This document shows, one piece after another, positions 26,201 through 38,203 of a stretch of 64,000 nucleotides of DNA. This DNA is from Nemertoderma westbladi. Taxonomy: Eukaryota; Animalia; Xenacoelomorpha. Position numbers and translations under genes: made by a program. Under the pieces are notes generated by a model. That model made no database searches, was not told the DNA's origin, and saw nothing but the letters and a program-made list of their open reading frames with translations. The stretch covers positions 1-64,000 of the forward strand of contig JAUCBJ010004813.1 of NCBI GenBank assembly GCA_032718475.1, read 5' to 3'. Positions within the stretch are counted from its first letter, which is position 1. Every line of letters begins with the position of its first letter.

Positions 26201-27527
26201 GTCGAGGTAAGTTAACCAAACACAATGTCCCAGTCGAGGTAAGTAAATCAAACCCAATGTCGGGGTCGAGGTATATAAGTTAACCAAACACAATGTCCCA
26301 GTCGAGGTAAGTAAATCAAACACATTATCCCGCTCGAGGTAAGTTAACCAAACGCAATGTCCCGGTCGAGATAAGTTAACCAAACACAATGTCCCAGTCG
26401 AGGTAAGTAAACCAAACGCAATGTCGGGGTCGAGGTAAGTTAACCAAACACAATGTCCCAGTCGAGGTAAGTAAATCAAACCCAATGTCGGGGTCGAGGT
26501 ATATAAGTTAACCAAACACATTATCCCGCTCGAGGTAAGTTAACCAAACGCAATGTCCCGGTCGAGATAAGTTAACCAAACACAATGTCCCAGTCGAGGT
26601 AAGTTAACCAAACGCAATGTCAGGGTCGAGGTAAGTTAACCAAACACAATGTCCCAGTCGAGGTAAGTAAACCAAACGCAATGTCGGGGTCGAGGTAAGT
26701 TAACCAAACGCAATGTCCCGGTCGAAATAAGTTAACCAAACACAATGTCCCAGTCGAGGAAAGTAAATCAAACCCAATGTCGGGGTCGAGGTATATAAGT
26801 TAACCAAACACATTATCCCGCTCGAGGTAAGTTAACCAAACGCAATGTCCCGGTCGAGATAAGTTAACCAAACACAATGTCCCAGTCGAGGTAAGTAAAC
26901 CAAACGCAATGTCGGGGTCGAGGTAAGTTAACCAAACGCAATGTCCCGGTCGAGATAAGTTAACCAAACACAATGTCCCAGTCGAGGTAAGTAAATCAAA
27001 CCCAATGTCGAGGTCGAGGTATATAAGTTAACCAAACACATTATCCCGCTCGAGGTAAGTTAACCAAACGCAATGTCCCGGTCGAGATAACTTAACCAAA
27101 CACAATTTCCCAGTCGAGGTAAGTAAACCAAACGCAATGTCGGGGTCGAGGTAAGTTAACCAAACGCAATGTCCCGGTCGAGTAAGTTAACAAAACACAA
27201 TGTCCCAGTCGAGGTAAGTAAATCAAACCCAATGTCGGGGTCGAGGTATATAAGTTAACCAAACACAATATCCCGCTCGAGGTAAGTTAACCAAACGCAA
27301 TGTCCCGGTTGAGGTAAGTAAACCAAACGCAATGTCCCGGCCGAGGTAAGTAAATCAAACCCAATGTCGGGGTCGAGGTATATAAGTTAACCAAACACAA
27401 TATCCCGCTCGAGGTAAGTTAACCAAACGCAATGCCCCAGTTGAGGTAAGTTAACCAAACGCAAAGTCCCGGTCGAGGTATATATATAAGTTAACCAAAT
27501 AATGCCCCAGTCGAGGTAAGTTAACCA
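17259..27527 (+). repeat. Intronic 32-bp satellite (~315 units, some 36-bp variants) built on a 5' splice-site motif
   Basis: Unit gtaagttaaccaaac(a/g)caatgtcccggtcgag; period 32 (GT at 17259, 17291, 17323...); includes a 1242-bp higher-order duplication. Confidence 0.98.
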
Positions 27528-27757
27528 CACTGAAAAAGTAAGTGGTGGTATTTTGTTAAGAAACTGCCGGTTTGCAAGAACTACCTGGGGTTGTTTTGCA
27601 ACGAAAACCACCGCAGGTTGTTTCTTCAAACTGGCGGTAAATAAACGTTGTGCTCTATTCAATGCTTTAACTGTTTAAGGTGTTGAACAATGAGTGTGTT
27701 ATTTCTATTTTTATTAATTATTATTTTCTATAATAGTCGAATTTGTTCTTCATTCAG

Positions 27758-30619
27758 GTATCGGTGGCTCCCGTAGTCGAGATAAAAGCTGCCAAATTAC
27801 CTGAAACTCCGAAACTCAAGTTCGAAATAAACGCAGGTTCTAAACGCACCAAACTTCCAGCAGGCCGATTTCCATCGGCCTTCGACGAAATGTCGGCCAA
27901 TTCCTCGAGTCCCGTTGAGGAAATCCTCCCGGATGTTGTTGTTCCTGTGGATAACACGACAACGCCGGTTCGAGATGAACCAACAGAGTCAGTAATGGTC
28001 GAAGGGGATCCGTCTGAGTCGACGAAACCAGTTCGGCAAACCCGTTGGGGTTCCCCGAGGGAAGTTGTTAAAGTCGATGAAGTTGACACTAAACTTGAGA
28101 TTGACGCGAATAATGGGAGCGCGGTTGAGGATGACTTCCGGGTGGTTGACTCGCTCCACGACCACAGTGACGGTGTTTGGTCGGACAAAGGTCGGAGATC
28201 GAATCCACCAACTCAATCCAGGCGGTCGAGACATTCTAGAGATAATTCGCGGCGTTCTAGAGATTCCCATGAAATTCAGATGCAATCTCGTTCTAGAATG
28301 TCTCCAAATGTTGAAAATCTCCATTCTAGAACTGAATTATCTCCGGAAATGCATAAACATCATTCAAGAACATCTCCCAATCGATCATCCACGGGTAAGA
28401 AGAAAAAGAAACGGCGTTTGATCTCCCCAATTCCCTTCCAAGAGGAAGTCTACGTTGAGTTGACGCCTCCAATCAAACAGAGTCGGAGATCTCGTCGTCA
28501 CCGGACGCCTCCCGTCTCCCCTGCAGACGAAGAGGTCTACCCTTCCCCTTCACCCCCACAGCGGCGTCTTAAAAAGCATAAATATAGAGAGGCGCCTGTT
28601 GAGGAGGAAATTGAGGTGGTGGAAACCAGCAGGGGGAAAGGGGGCCGACGGAGGAGGCAACTGAAAGAGGTTGAGATGATGGAGGGGGGTGACGTTGTCG
28701 TGGTGAGGAAACGTCGGAGACGCGATTCCCCGTCGCCTCAGGGGGTGGAAGAGGAAGAGGAGGAAGTTGTAGTACGGCGTCGGCGGCTGCGGAATGAAGG
28801 CCGCCGTGGAGAAAGAGAAGTCCCTCGGGGGGAAGTAATCGGTAGGGAAAGTGGCCGGCGGAGTCGACGGCAGTTGGAAGAGTTTGAGGAGGTAGAAGTG
28901 CATCGTGGAGAGAAGAAGAAACGATCCAATAGATTCGTGGTTGTAAATGATTTGGAAGATATTGACATAACCATAAGGGAGGGACGAGAAAGCAGAAGAG
29001 ATCGACTTGTAGAGGACGATGATGTAAGAGAAAGAGACTATGATAGAAGGGAAAGTAGAAGGGTGAGAATGGTAGACAAAGATAGTAGGAGATCAGAAAG
29101 AATGGTAAGTGATAGTAAACGGGGTGTTGTAGAGGAAATAGAGGGAAATGTTAGACGATTTCGGGATGGAAGTGGACGAGATGAGAGTCGGGCTTCAGTC
29201 GAAGGGAAGTCTAATAGTGAGGGAAGGAAGACAGGGTTGGGATCTCTGGAGGAGTTGCGGAATAAGTATATGTGTACGTTTAGTGAGGAGGAGAGGAGGC
29301 AACTGAATACTCTAAGCCATCCTCAACCGCAGATGGTCTTTAATGCCCTGACGCCCAACACCCGGGTGCCCAATGCCCTGCCTCCCCGGGCGCCATTGCT
29401 GATGCCACAGGAACAGCTGCGAATGTTACTGAACAACCCCTTCAGTTTCCCCCCTCCCGGTGTCCACGACGCACCGCAGCGGGGACCCCATCCCAGGGGT
29501 GGTGCCCCCTTCCACTCCGTCGGGGGTCTCCCCTTCCCTGGACTCCACGGATTTCTTCCGCCCTCTGCCGTGGCTCGTCCCATCGCACAGCAACAACACG
29601 ATGCTAAACACTCCCCCCATAAACAGTTCCATGGTGAGCCGCAAGTGGCTCATCAAAACGAAAACGCCACCAACATCATTCAGATCCAGACAGTGGAGAT
29701 TCCAGAACGCCAAAAACCTATAAGTCCGTCGCCAACAAAGAAATCCCGAGACACGATATTCGAGATTCAGTCACCAGATGAAATAAAAGATAAGGGGCTT
29801 GTAACAATGGAAACCGCTGCTAAACACAGTAATAATAGTGTTAATAAGATAGAAGTGGAAATCCCGAAGAATGTTGGCGAGGCAGTTGGGATCCCAGGGT
29901 TGGAAGTGACGTCATCCGATGTGACGTCATCATCATGGAAGCCGTCGTGGAATCGGCGGCGTCGTGCTATCGGTGAGTCGGACCAGTTGGTGTCCCCCAC
30001 CGAGTTAGTGGCGGCCCCCCAAGCTGCCCCCTCGCCGGACCCCTCGCCCCCTCTCAGCGCCCCCTCGCCCCCCTCCGAGGATGACGCCGTAGCAACTCGG
30101 AGAGCTTCCGGAGTTCCACCCAACTCATCCATTATCCCCAGTCTCGGTGTTGGTGGTGTCATTAACACCGCTCCCAAACCGGCAGTTCGCCTCCCGATAA
30201 ACCGCGGCAACCCGGAGGAAGAAGCCTACAGCCCCGGAGAGGAACTCCTTCTCGACTCAGACGAGTTCGAGTTCGAACCGACCAAAACCAACAAACGCCG
30301 ATCTAAAACCGAAAATCTTCCGAGTTTCGGTTACGAGATCGATGTGGGCCAGCACTCCAAGTACATGGATAAACTCCAGAAGCAGGAGAGAGTGGCAGGT
30401 GAAGTTAAACAAGCTCTAAAACCATTCTATGCCAGCAGGAGGCTCAACAAAAGCCAATACAAAGAAATTCTTAAAAAAGCCGTTACTAAGGTAGTTCGTA
30501 ATAAGTCAGACACAATTAATCCGTTTAAAATCCGCGAACTCACTGAGAAATACGTTAAAATTTATCTTCACGAGAGAAAGAAATTGGCTCGTTCGATGTT
30601 ACCGTTACCTGTATCTTAG
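27758..30619 (+). CDS. Terminal coding exon of PHRF1/SCAF1/SCAF11-like SR-related Pol II CTD-binding protein
   Basis: Acceptor tttgttcttcattcag|GTA (phase 0); C-terminus KYMDKLQKQERVAGEVKQALKPFY...YKEILKKAVTKV...INPFKIRELTEKYV matches the conserved C-terminal domain of that family. RING/PHD exons are not seen in this window. Confidence 0.85.
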   Translation, partial: VSVAPVVEIKAAKLPETPKLKFEINAGSKRTKLPAGRFPSAFDEMSANSSSPVEEILPDVVVPVDNTTTPVRDEPTESVMVEGDPSESTKPVRQTRWGSPREVVKVDEVDTKLEIDANNGSAVEDDFRVVDSLHDHSDGVWSDKGRRSNPPTQSRRSRHSRDNSRRSRDSHEIQMQSRSRMSPNVENLHSRTELSPEMHKHHSRTSPNRSSTGKKKKKRRLISPIPFQEEVYVELTPPIKQSRRSRRHRTPPVSPADEEVYPSPSPPQRRLKKHKYREAPVEEEIEVVETSRGKGGRRRRQLKEVEMMEGGDVVVVRKRRRRDSPSPQGVEEEEEEVVVRRRRLRNEGRRGEREVPRGEVIGRESGRRSRRQLEEFEEVEVHRGEKKKRSNRFVVVNDLEDIDITIREGRESRRDRLVEDDDVRERDYDRRESRRVRMVDKDSRRSERMVSDSKRGVVEEIEGNVRRFRDGSGRDESRASVEGKSNSEGRKTGLGSLEELRNKYMCTFSEEERRQLNTLSHPQPQMVFNALTPNTRVPNALPPRAPLLMPQEQLRMLLNNPFSFPPPGVHDAPQRGPHPRGGAPFHSVGGLPFPGLHGFLPPSAVARPIAQQQHDAKHSPHKQFHGEPQVAHQNENATNIIQIQTVEIPERQKPISPSPTKKSRDTIFEIQSPDEIKDKGLVTMETAAKHSNNSVNKIEVEIPKNVGEAVGIPGLEVTSSDVTSSSWKPSWNRRRRAIGESDQLVSPTELVAAPQAAPSPDPSPPLSAPSPPSEDDAVATRRASGVPPNSSIIPSLGVGGVINTAPKPAVRLPINRGNPEEEAYSPGEELLLDSDEFEFEPTKTNKRRSKTENLPSFGYEIDVGQHSKYMDKLQKQERVAGEVKQALKPFYASRRLNKSQYKEILKKAVTKVVRNKSDTINPFKIRELTEKYVKIYLHERKKLARSMLPLPVS

Positions 30620-31104
30620 TAATATTGTGTGTCGTTATTATTTGTTGAGCTTTTTATTTGGTTGTTTAAAAAAGGGTTAAAATTTAAGGCATCTGATAAA
30701 CTGTTATAGTGTTATATAATTAGTAACTTTATTTCGGTTATATTTATTGCCTAAATATATAAATAACAGTTTTGAGATAAATTTATTTGACACCAAATAT
30801 ATTGGATTTTCTCATTCAATTAATTTTATTTTATCTGAAGCGACGTCATTAGATATCTAGCCGTAATTAATTAATGAAATTTTAAATCTCTAAGCTTTAA
30901 TGAGCAGATTGAATTTCGTGCAGCCATTATTGAAATCTGTCTGGATAAAAATTTGTTAAAAAATTAAATAACCTTTTGGATATTTAATTGTATTTTATAT
31001 GACGTAAAAATAATAATTTTAAATCTCAATCTAAATCGCTATTTAGCTGACATACACAGTATTCTAATACCCGCATTCGTACTGTCTCAATCCATTCATT
31101 ATTT

Positions 31105-31620
31105 TATTCTTAATGTGGGGCGAGCCCCGAAGTGAGTGAATCGTTAGGACAAGGGTAACATTAACGAGTTGGCTGTCGTCGTTGTCGTCTAATTTTGATC
31201 GCTAATAATTCATAAAATTAAACTAAACTTGGTACGTTATGTAGTCCGTCAAAAGATTAGAAATAATCTGATGTTTGGTCAAAAATCAGACAGTCTGTCA
31301 GTCGGTACCAGTAGTTTAAGACTTTTGATACAAACAAAAATAAGTCGTGAATCATTAATAATATTAAACCTAACTTTGTACTCATGTAGTCTGTCAAATC
31401 TTTCGAAATTGTAGGCCCTACACACAAACAGACTTCTATAGTTCCTCTCTCGGCCAGTAGCGGGTGAATTGTAAAGAAGTAGCTATAAGTATAGAACCAA
31501 CCAGCAGATTAATCTGAAATTTGTTAGAAGTCACAGCTTCTTATGTTAGCTGAGTCTCGTGCTGCGCGAAGACCCCACGAACGTGTAACAAACCGCGTTC
31601 TCCACAGCAAATTGTCAAGG
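31105..31620 (+). mobile_element. Possible Helentron-associated (HINE/DINE-1-like) non-autonomous element
   Basis: gtggggcgagcccc 5' palindrome, (gtc)n tract, 3' gaccccac inverted match; its 3' motif recurs at ~60288-60322. Confidence 0.4.
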
Positions 31621-34600
31621 GCCACTTTACACACATTAATTTTTTAAAATATTAATTAAGCATTTTCTTCTTTTTACTTACTAAGAATATTTTACTACAG
31701 TAATAGTAAACAATAAATAATTGAATATTTTTTTATATTTTACATTGGTAAATAGGGCCTAAGGAATATCATTGATAATCGATCGAAAATTTCAGAAAAT
31801 CAATCGAAATATTTTGTAACTTTCGATGGAAAACGCTAAAATAATAAAACTTAATTAATTATTATAAAACAAATTAATATTTTAATTTTATTCAATCGTG
31901 ACACTTCATGAAAGCGTGACATATTTTATAAATGCGTGATATACTTTATATAATACTGTATGCCTTACATAAATGCCTACGTTATGATATCGTGACAATG
32001 ATGAGCGCGTGACATACTGTATGGAAACGTGACACTTACAAGCATTATATTTAAATATCCAGTGACACAGTTTTATGAACACAGTGAGACAAGCTCCACC
32101 TTCGATAGCTGCTACCAGAAGCTATGTGTGGGGGGGGGGGGCATCTCATATCCCAAGTTTTGATCCCAGTAATTCATTCAACTGCCCCCCCGCACTGTCT
32201 CCTCGAAAGTTACTAGTGTTTAACTGGTTCTGTAGTTAGTAACCCCCCCCCCCCCCCCCCCCCCCAAAAAAAAAGAATATTTTTCAAAGTAGGCCTACAT
32301 AGGTAATTGGTGATATCCTTTCAATTTGTAAATCAGTTGAAACAAATTATAGAAGATTAACCATGTATGTTACCGGTAATCGAATCTAGGATGTAATACA
32401 CCGAACACCAATAATCAATATGTTTAGAGCTCAATTTATTTTCAAGCTGTTCGTAAATGTTACTGAAAGGGCCGGTAATGCTTACAATTAACTTTAAATG
32501 GATCTCTAATCTGTGTAACCGTGGTAACCGTGCACGCCTGAAACCGCAAAATTCAATTTGTTATGTTGTGGTGCGAGCCAAAATTGTGAACCATCAGCGA
32601 ACTGCTGTAATTTAATAGATTGCTAAACGCCGATCTTAATTTATGGAGTTTGTTTCAATTGTTATGATATTTTGAAGTTTATAACCTTTATTAATTAATA
32701 TTTAATTATACAAGGTGGTGGGAGTGGATACAGTAATAAGTGTGAGGATTACTCACAGGATAAGAAAACAATTAATGTAGTTTACTATAGTTCATATATT
32801 AATAATTATTCTTCATCGTTATGCATACTGTCTTTCAACCTCTAACTGCACAGCTGTGTAACATACAATTATCTCCTACTACACAGCTGACTAATCAGTT
32901 GTATATTATAATTAATCTGATTAAATTACATATTGGTTACTCTAACAATATAAGGACTGCCTGTATTTTACGCTGTTTTCGGTGCTTTAAGTGACAGCTC
33001 AAATATCATCTGATTACTCCCATTTATAAAATTGTAACCTGTTCTATTTACTTCAGTTTTTGTTTTGGTTAGAATAACGTGCCACTGTAACCTACTCCTC
33101 TCCCTCAATTGAAAACGTAGGGTTAATTGATAACCCTTGACATTGAGACGAGATATTATTTCGCAGAATTTAGATTTGTGTAGAGTTAGCCCGTAGAGTT
33201 TCAATTTCATATATTATGCGTATTAGGTTGACTATTCAGTAATTTTTCAATCAATTCGTTTGGTATTTTCAGTGTATGTTCCTGTCATATTGACCAATAA
33301 AAGTAGACAGAAATAAATTAATTTTGAGAGATAGATTTAGATTTAGAGAGATAAATTTTGATTAGAACCAGGAGTACAATGCATTTTATTTTGAGCCGAT
33401 ATTTTTCAAATTATCGGCTCAAAACATCACCTACCGGTACTGTAGCAGGCCTACACTCAATGCAGTATGTCAAGACTATTCACTGAAAATTTCAAACGAA
33501 TTTATTAAAAAATGATGGAAGAGATAGATTTTGAGTGAAGAAAAAAAAATGAAAAATATTATTCTGAGTAAAATGCGTTTAAAAAGTTTGAACTTTCCCG
33601 CGCAAATTGGTCAGTTTCTATGTGACAGCCAATATGAAATATATTTATTTAATATATTTAAATAGTCATAATAAATAGCTGGAATTTTCACTACGGGGGT
33701 TTTCTTAGTAGTTGATTTCGATTCGGATGCCAGTTCTCAAGTTTAGCAAAATCTATAAGTCGGAACTAGTCTGTTTGTCTGTTGGTTTTGGTCCTTCAAA
33801 AAATATGAAATCACACGATATATCTAAAAGTTTCGCTATGGGGGTTTTCCTAGACGGTGATTTCATTTCCGATGTCAGTTTTGATGTTCGGCGAAATCTA
33901 GTCTGTCTATTTGTACGTCGGGAGATACATGTTTTCGCGAAAATAGTTTTATTTAGATGGAAACCTGCCATAGTAAAATCGTCACGTCTCCAAAACTAAA
34001 CATCTTGAACTAAACATCATAACTTACTTTTCGGATTCGCCATTAAATTTTGCACAAAAATCGATCAACATTTAAGGTTTGTAAATTTTTTATCATAATT
34101 TATTTAAGGTGAAGATTTCGATATTTTTCAACACTCTATACCGGTACCTGTGCACAATTCGCTAAACTGTAGAATTGAAATCATAAAATAAAAAAAACTA
34201 TTTAGTAGGAATCCATACTTAACCTTAATTAATTAGACAAGCATGGTGTGTTCACAAATGTGACTTACTCCCGCCATAATCTTAGCGAAATCAAAGCTGA
34301 CATTTGAAAGTTCAATCCAAGCACAATTTTGTGCGCATATGTGCTGTGGATAACATTGTACAGTCAATCAAAGTTCAAAATTGTCTACGAATGTCCCGTA
34401 CCTTACTTTGGAATGAGCCTATTACCAATATTCGTTATATAGGCTTAATATATTTCACATGATAGGCCTAAATGTAAGGGTTATTATTTTGTTGAAATCC
34501 TAATATCATTGCATATGTTGATGTGAATTAATGCTAGTGACTACAGACTGTAGACTGTTTGTTATTGTACTACAGAACAGTAGGTGCTATAACTATTAAC

Positions 34601-34709
34601 TATGATAACATTATTAACTAACTATTAACTACTGTAACATAACATAATTAACTAACATAATGCTAACTAATATTGTTTTTATGAGTTTTGAACCTAATTT
34701 AAGGCTGAC

Positions 34710-34993
34710 GGTTCCAAGGTTCCACCTTGGTGTAGTGGTTGCATTGAATTCACATCTCACGTAGGTCGTGGGTTCGATCCTCACATGGGCCAGGGCAGTT
34801 TTCGTTTCGGCACGAATGCTTTAAAGGGACCAGCCAGGGCGCATCTCTGCCTTGCATCCTTAAGTGGTAGCTAAATGAGTACTGGAGTTTCCTCTGGGGA
34901 GTAAAGTTCTGGGGGGACCGGACCGGACCGCACTGGAAATAAGTTGTGCCCCTGGCCTAGCGGCCGAAGAATTTTTTTTTTTTTTTTTTTTTT
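34710..34993 (+). mobile_element. tRNA-derived SINE
   Basis: A box tggtgtagtgg (34728-34738), B box ggttcgatcc (34771-34780), central catcctt..taaatgagtac block, poly-T tail; second copy at ~8095-8210. Confidence 0.78.
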
Positions 34994-36149
34994 GACGGAC
35001 CGAAGGACCGTTCAAATTCTAAGATTTTCTACTGTGCTATAAATTATATTTAATTATTATTTTATATAATCGCCGGTGACTATCTACAGAAAATGAAATA
35101 AAAAAATTCGTGGATGACCCACATCGTACTGTAGTTGAATAATGATCAGGTTGCAGTTAGGGCTTCACTGTTACCTCAATGTAGTCCTATTGTTTAACGT
35201 TGCGTGGGCTGATGACGACAGGAAAACTAATGGACTTTCTTATTGTGGCTTCCATTTCAGCCTTGACAAAAGTAAAATACTAATTAATATTCCATATAAA
35301 GTATACAGTATGTACACGTACAGTAGCTATTTATTTTGAGAAGTCTTTCTAGTGTTGCCTTTTACGTTGAGTAAATAATTAATTGTTGTGCAAATGAATC
35401 CAGAAATGTGCACCATGATTTTAATTCATAACAAGTCGGCATATTTTGTTATACTGTATGTATACGTAGGCACCCTACAGTATGTACTGTACACATTCAC
35501 CAGTATATCGCGTGGGGCGCCAAACCTACGGTACTTATATATAGTCTCGACTTATTGTCTCCTATTCACTCGTTCGTCCATAAAACAAATAACTTAGATA
35601 TGCGCCATGTAAATAAAAGGCTAGTTTACAAAAAAGTTTGAAAATAAACAATATAGGATTACCCGTCGCACAATAGCCTAATAATTAAGTTGTAACCACT
35701 AAATATAAATAATTAATAAATATATATTAATGTGAGAGCAGTTCAACGCGTGATACAGACTCTGACACGGAACAGTGCAATAGGGCCTACCGACAGAAAT
35801 ACTGCCCTCCTCACTTAAGTAGAACCATGTATAGTAACTGAAAAAACGTAGTTTTGAGAAAAATTGACCTAAAGTTAACAGATCTGCACGGCAACATCAG
35901 AATATCTGCAGATCAGTTTTTATGCTAAATATATCGAGGAGTAGTATGTCTAGCTATCCAAAAAACGACAGTATGTCAGAATAACACGAGCTATGGATTT
36001 GCACAAGTTTTTCGCAAAGTGAGTTAGTTTTATCTTTAGTTTTAGTTTTAATTCTAACAACCAATACTTTTTATTATAATAAAATTACAATCAAAATGAA
36101 TGAATATATAATAAAGAAACAATTACTGTATGTCTAAAGCGGAACAGCC

Positions 36150-37009
36150 TATCTTCCCCTACGGAGAGAGTTTTATCGTATGAGTTAGGTTCCACAGCTT
36201 CTTGAGTAAAGAATCTTTCCGCGTGTTCATCTCACAGTTTGGGGTTATATCGCTCCACTACATCATTAAATACGTCGTCATCGTATGCTAATAGCTTGTT
36301 GTTCGGGTGAATTAGTTGACATAATTCTGTTTGATTTAACCAGGCATGATTCTCTGTGAGTGGTCCTGTGGCATTATCCTCATCATACAATACCTGGACA
36401 TTGTAATTATCTGAGGAGCATGGAGTTTCTTCAGCTGGGATTGTTTCATCGTTCTCTACCTCTACTACACTCTCATTCACCTTGTTGACAAAGATATTTT
36501 ACATTCTCTCTTGTAAAGTTCTCTTAGATGGACCTGTAAAGAACCAACCTACTCTAGTTCTTGCCGTGTAGGTCTGTAAAGGTCGTGGCTCGGCAGGTCT
36601 TTTCTCTAAGTATGAGCGTTTTGACCTATGAGTAACTGGACTCCTGGATAGTCAGTCTTAAATCTGGGGACCTTGTCCCTGACTAGCAAAGTTATCCTCG
36701 TCCCAATCATAAGGCTGCAAAGTTCTTAATAGCCAAGATCTTAATGTGTTTTATACTATCCTTACCTGTTGGATCTTGTGGGGTAGATAGAGGTCCTACA
36801 TAGAAGTCCGTTTCCACTGTAGATTTCCAAACCTGCATTATGCCAGAGTGATTGAGCTTAGTATATTTCTCTTGCTCAGCGAAGATATCTTCGGCTAAGT
36901 CTTTGTCAATAAAAGTGCCTGTACTACCTGTACTACCAAGGCGGGCATTTACTACTAAACTCTTACCTTGTCCATATATCCTGAGCTGCACCACAGGGAA
37001 CACTCGAAT
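36150..37009 (-). pseudogene. Older BEL/Pao polyprotein relic (protease region), distal part
   Basis: FPVVQLRIYG...STGTFIDKDLAEDIFA...GIMQVWKST is homologous to the 40446-48599 polyprotein; stops and frameshifts. Confidence 0.88.
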
Positions 37010-38191
37010 TGTAAAAGCTTTTGTGGGATAACTGATTCGTTTGCCTTGCTAACCAGTTCCCCCCAGTCGCTAGAATACTCTAAAAAGGGATCTATAACTC
37101 GAATAGCGCAAGCTACCGGCTGATTGGCTGATTCGCTGTGCGAAGGGATCTGGGCTACGTTTGATTGTCCAACCAGCTTGGGAAAGTATCTGCCAATAGA
37201 ATTTGAGTTGATTTTGATTTCGACCTATCACAGATCTACTGAACTGAATTTTCCTATCTGTATGCTCTTTCTCTGTGTTGGGTGGAAGCCTTTGTAAATA
37301 AGGTTATTCTTATCAGTTTTCAGTGTTGTTGGTCTTTCTTTCCTGAGCCAGGAGAGAACGGCTTGTAAATATTTTGTGCTTTTCTGTTTTAGTCTAACAC
37401 TAGTAGGCTTAATTATAAAGGGCATATATCCGTTATCAATCCATAACATAACAAAACAATCAATGCAAACCGCAAACTAATGAACTTAACGCACACTGAA
37501 TCACTGTGCATACTTTTATATTGTTATACTGCTATTTACTGTCAGTTCTTCATAATATGGTTGATGAATTATTATATTTGGAATAACGATAAATAACCCC
37601 GAAACCCAATATTCTTGATATACCGAAGGTAAGAGAGAAAGGTTACATATAACGATTGTGACTTATGTTAAAGTGGTTTGAAGTGAATCTAATGTTATTT
37701 GATAGACCCTACATGAGTCAGTCCGTGTTCCTTTTATATATAACTAAAATCAGTGAAGATCGGCAGATCAGTGTGCAGTATTGTGCAGCATTGTGTATGA
37801 GTGAGCCTGATAACGAAGCATTTCCTAAAGAATGCGCCATATATGTGAATTATAACTAAGCCATATCGTTGTGAGTAGTTTAAGTCATAACTCTGTTTGT
37901 ATAGATAAAGCGCCACGTCCTAAAGGAACTGTTAATATTCCCCGAAGGTGAATAATATTGTCAGAGATTATATAATACTGTCAGTCGAATAATACATTAG
38001 GCTTACATAGCAATAAAATTAAGCCGTCGAACCCAATCTCCCGGGTATATCCAGCGGGTGAATGATCGCGCACAGATTGGTTTCGACTAGTGTAGTGAAT
38101 TAAATACTTGTCATAGACTAAAGGTGATTTATTATCTAGAAGACATCCTAATTTGGCGGGTTAAACTGCCAAAGGTCTGAAAGCGCGAACA
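37010..38191 (+). repeat. BEL 5' LTR (1182 bp)
   Basis: tgtaaaagctt...aagcgcgaaca; near-identical to the 3' LTR. Confidence 0.97.
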
Positions 38192-38203
38192 ATAACGGAT
38201 ATA
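38192..38203 (+). promoter_or_regulatory. Non-tRNA PBS complementary to LTR 37425-37436 (putative self-priming site)
   Basis: ataacggatata is the exact reverse complement of tatatccgttat; no TGG follows the LTR. Confidence 0.7.

Noticed and set aside
17259-27527. CRISPR array interpretation of the 32-bp repeats
   Set aside because: Units are head-to-tail with no unique spacers, there are no cas genes, and the context is a eukaryotic intron.
17872-27662. Many minus-strand ORFs (CLVNLPRPGHCVWLTYLD...)
   Set aside because: By-products of the satellite; a 32-bp period cycles through frames and hits stops.
33220-34420. Possible DNA-transposon remnants with a ~150-bp internal duplication
   Set aside because: Matching termini or a TSD could not be established by eye.
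34721-34795. Functional tRNA-Val gene
   Set aside because: Has A/B boxes but no proper acceptor stem, and continues into a SINE body with a poly-T tail.
37228-37449. 73-aa ORF duplicated at 53530-53751
   Set aside because: Duplicated only because it lies in the LTRs; no coding evidence.
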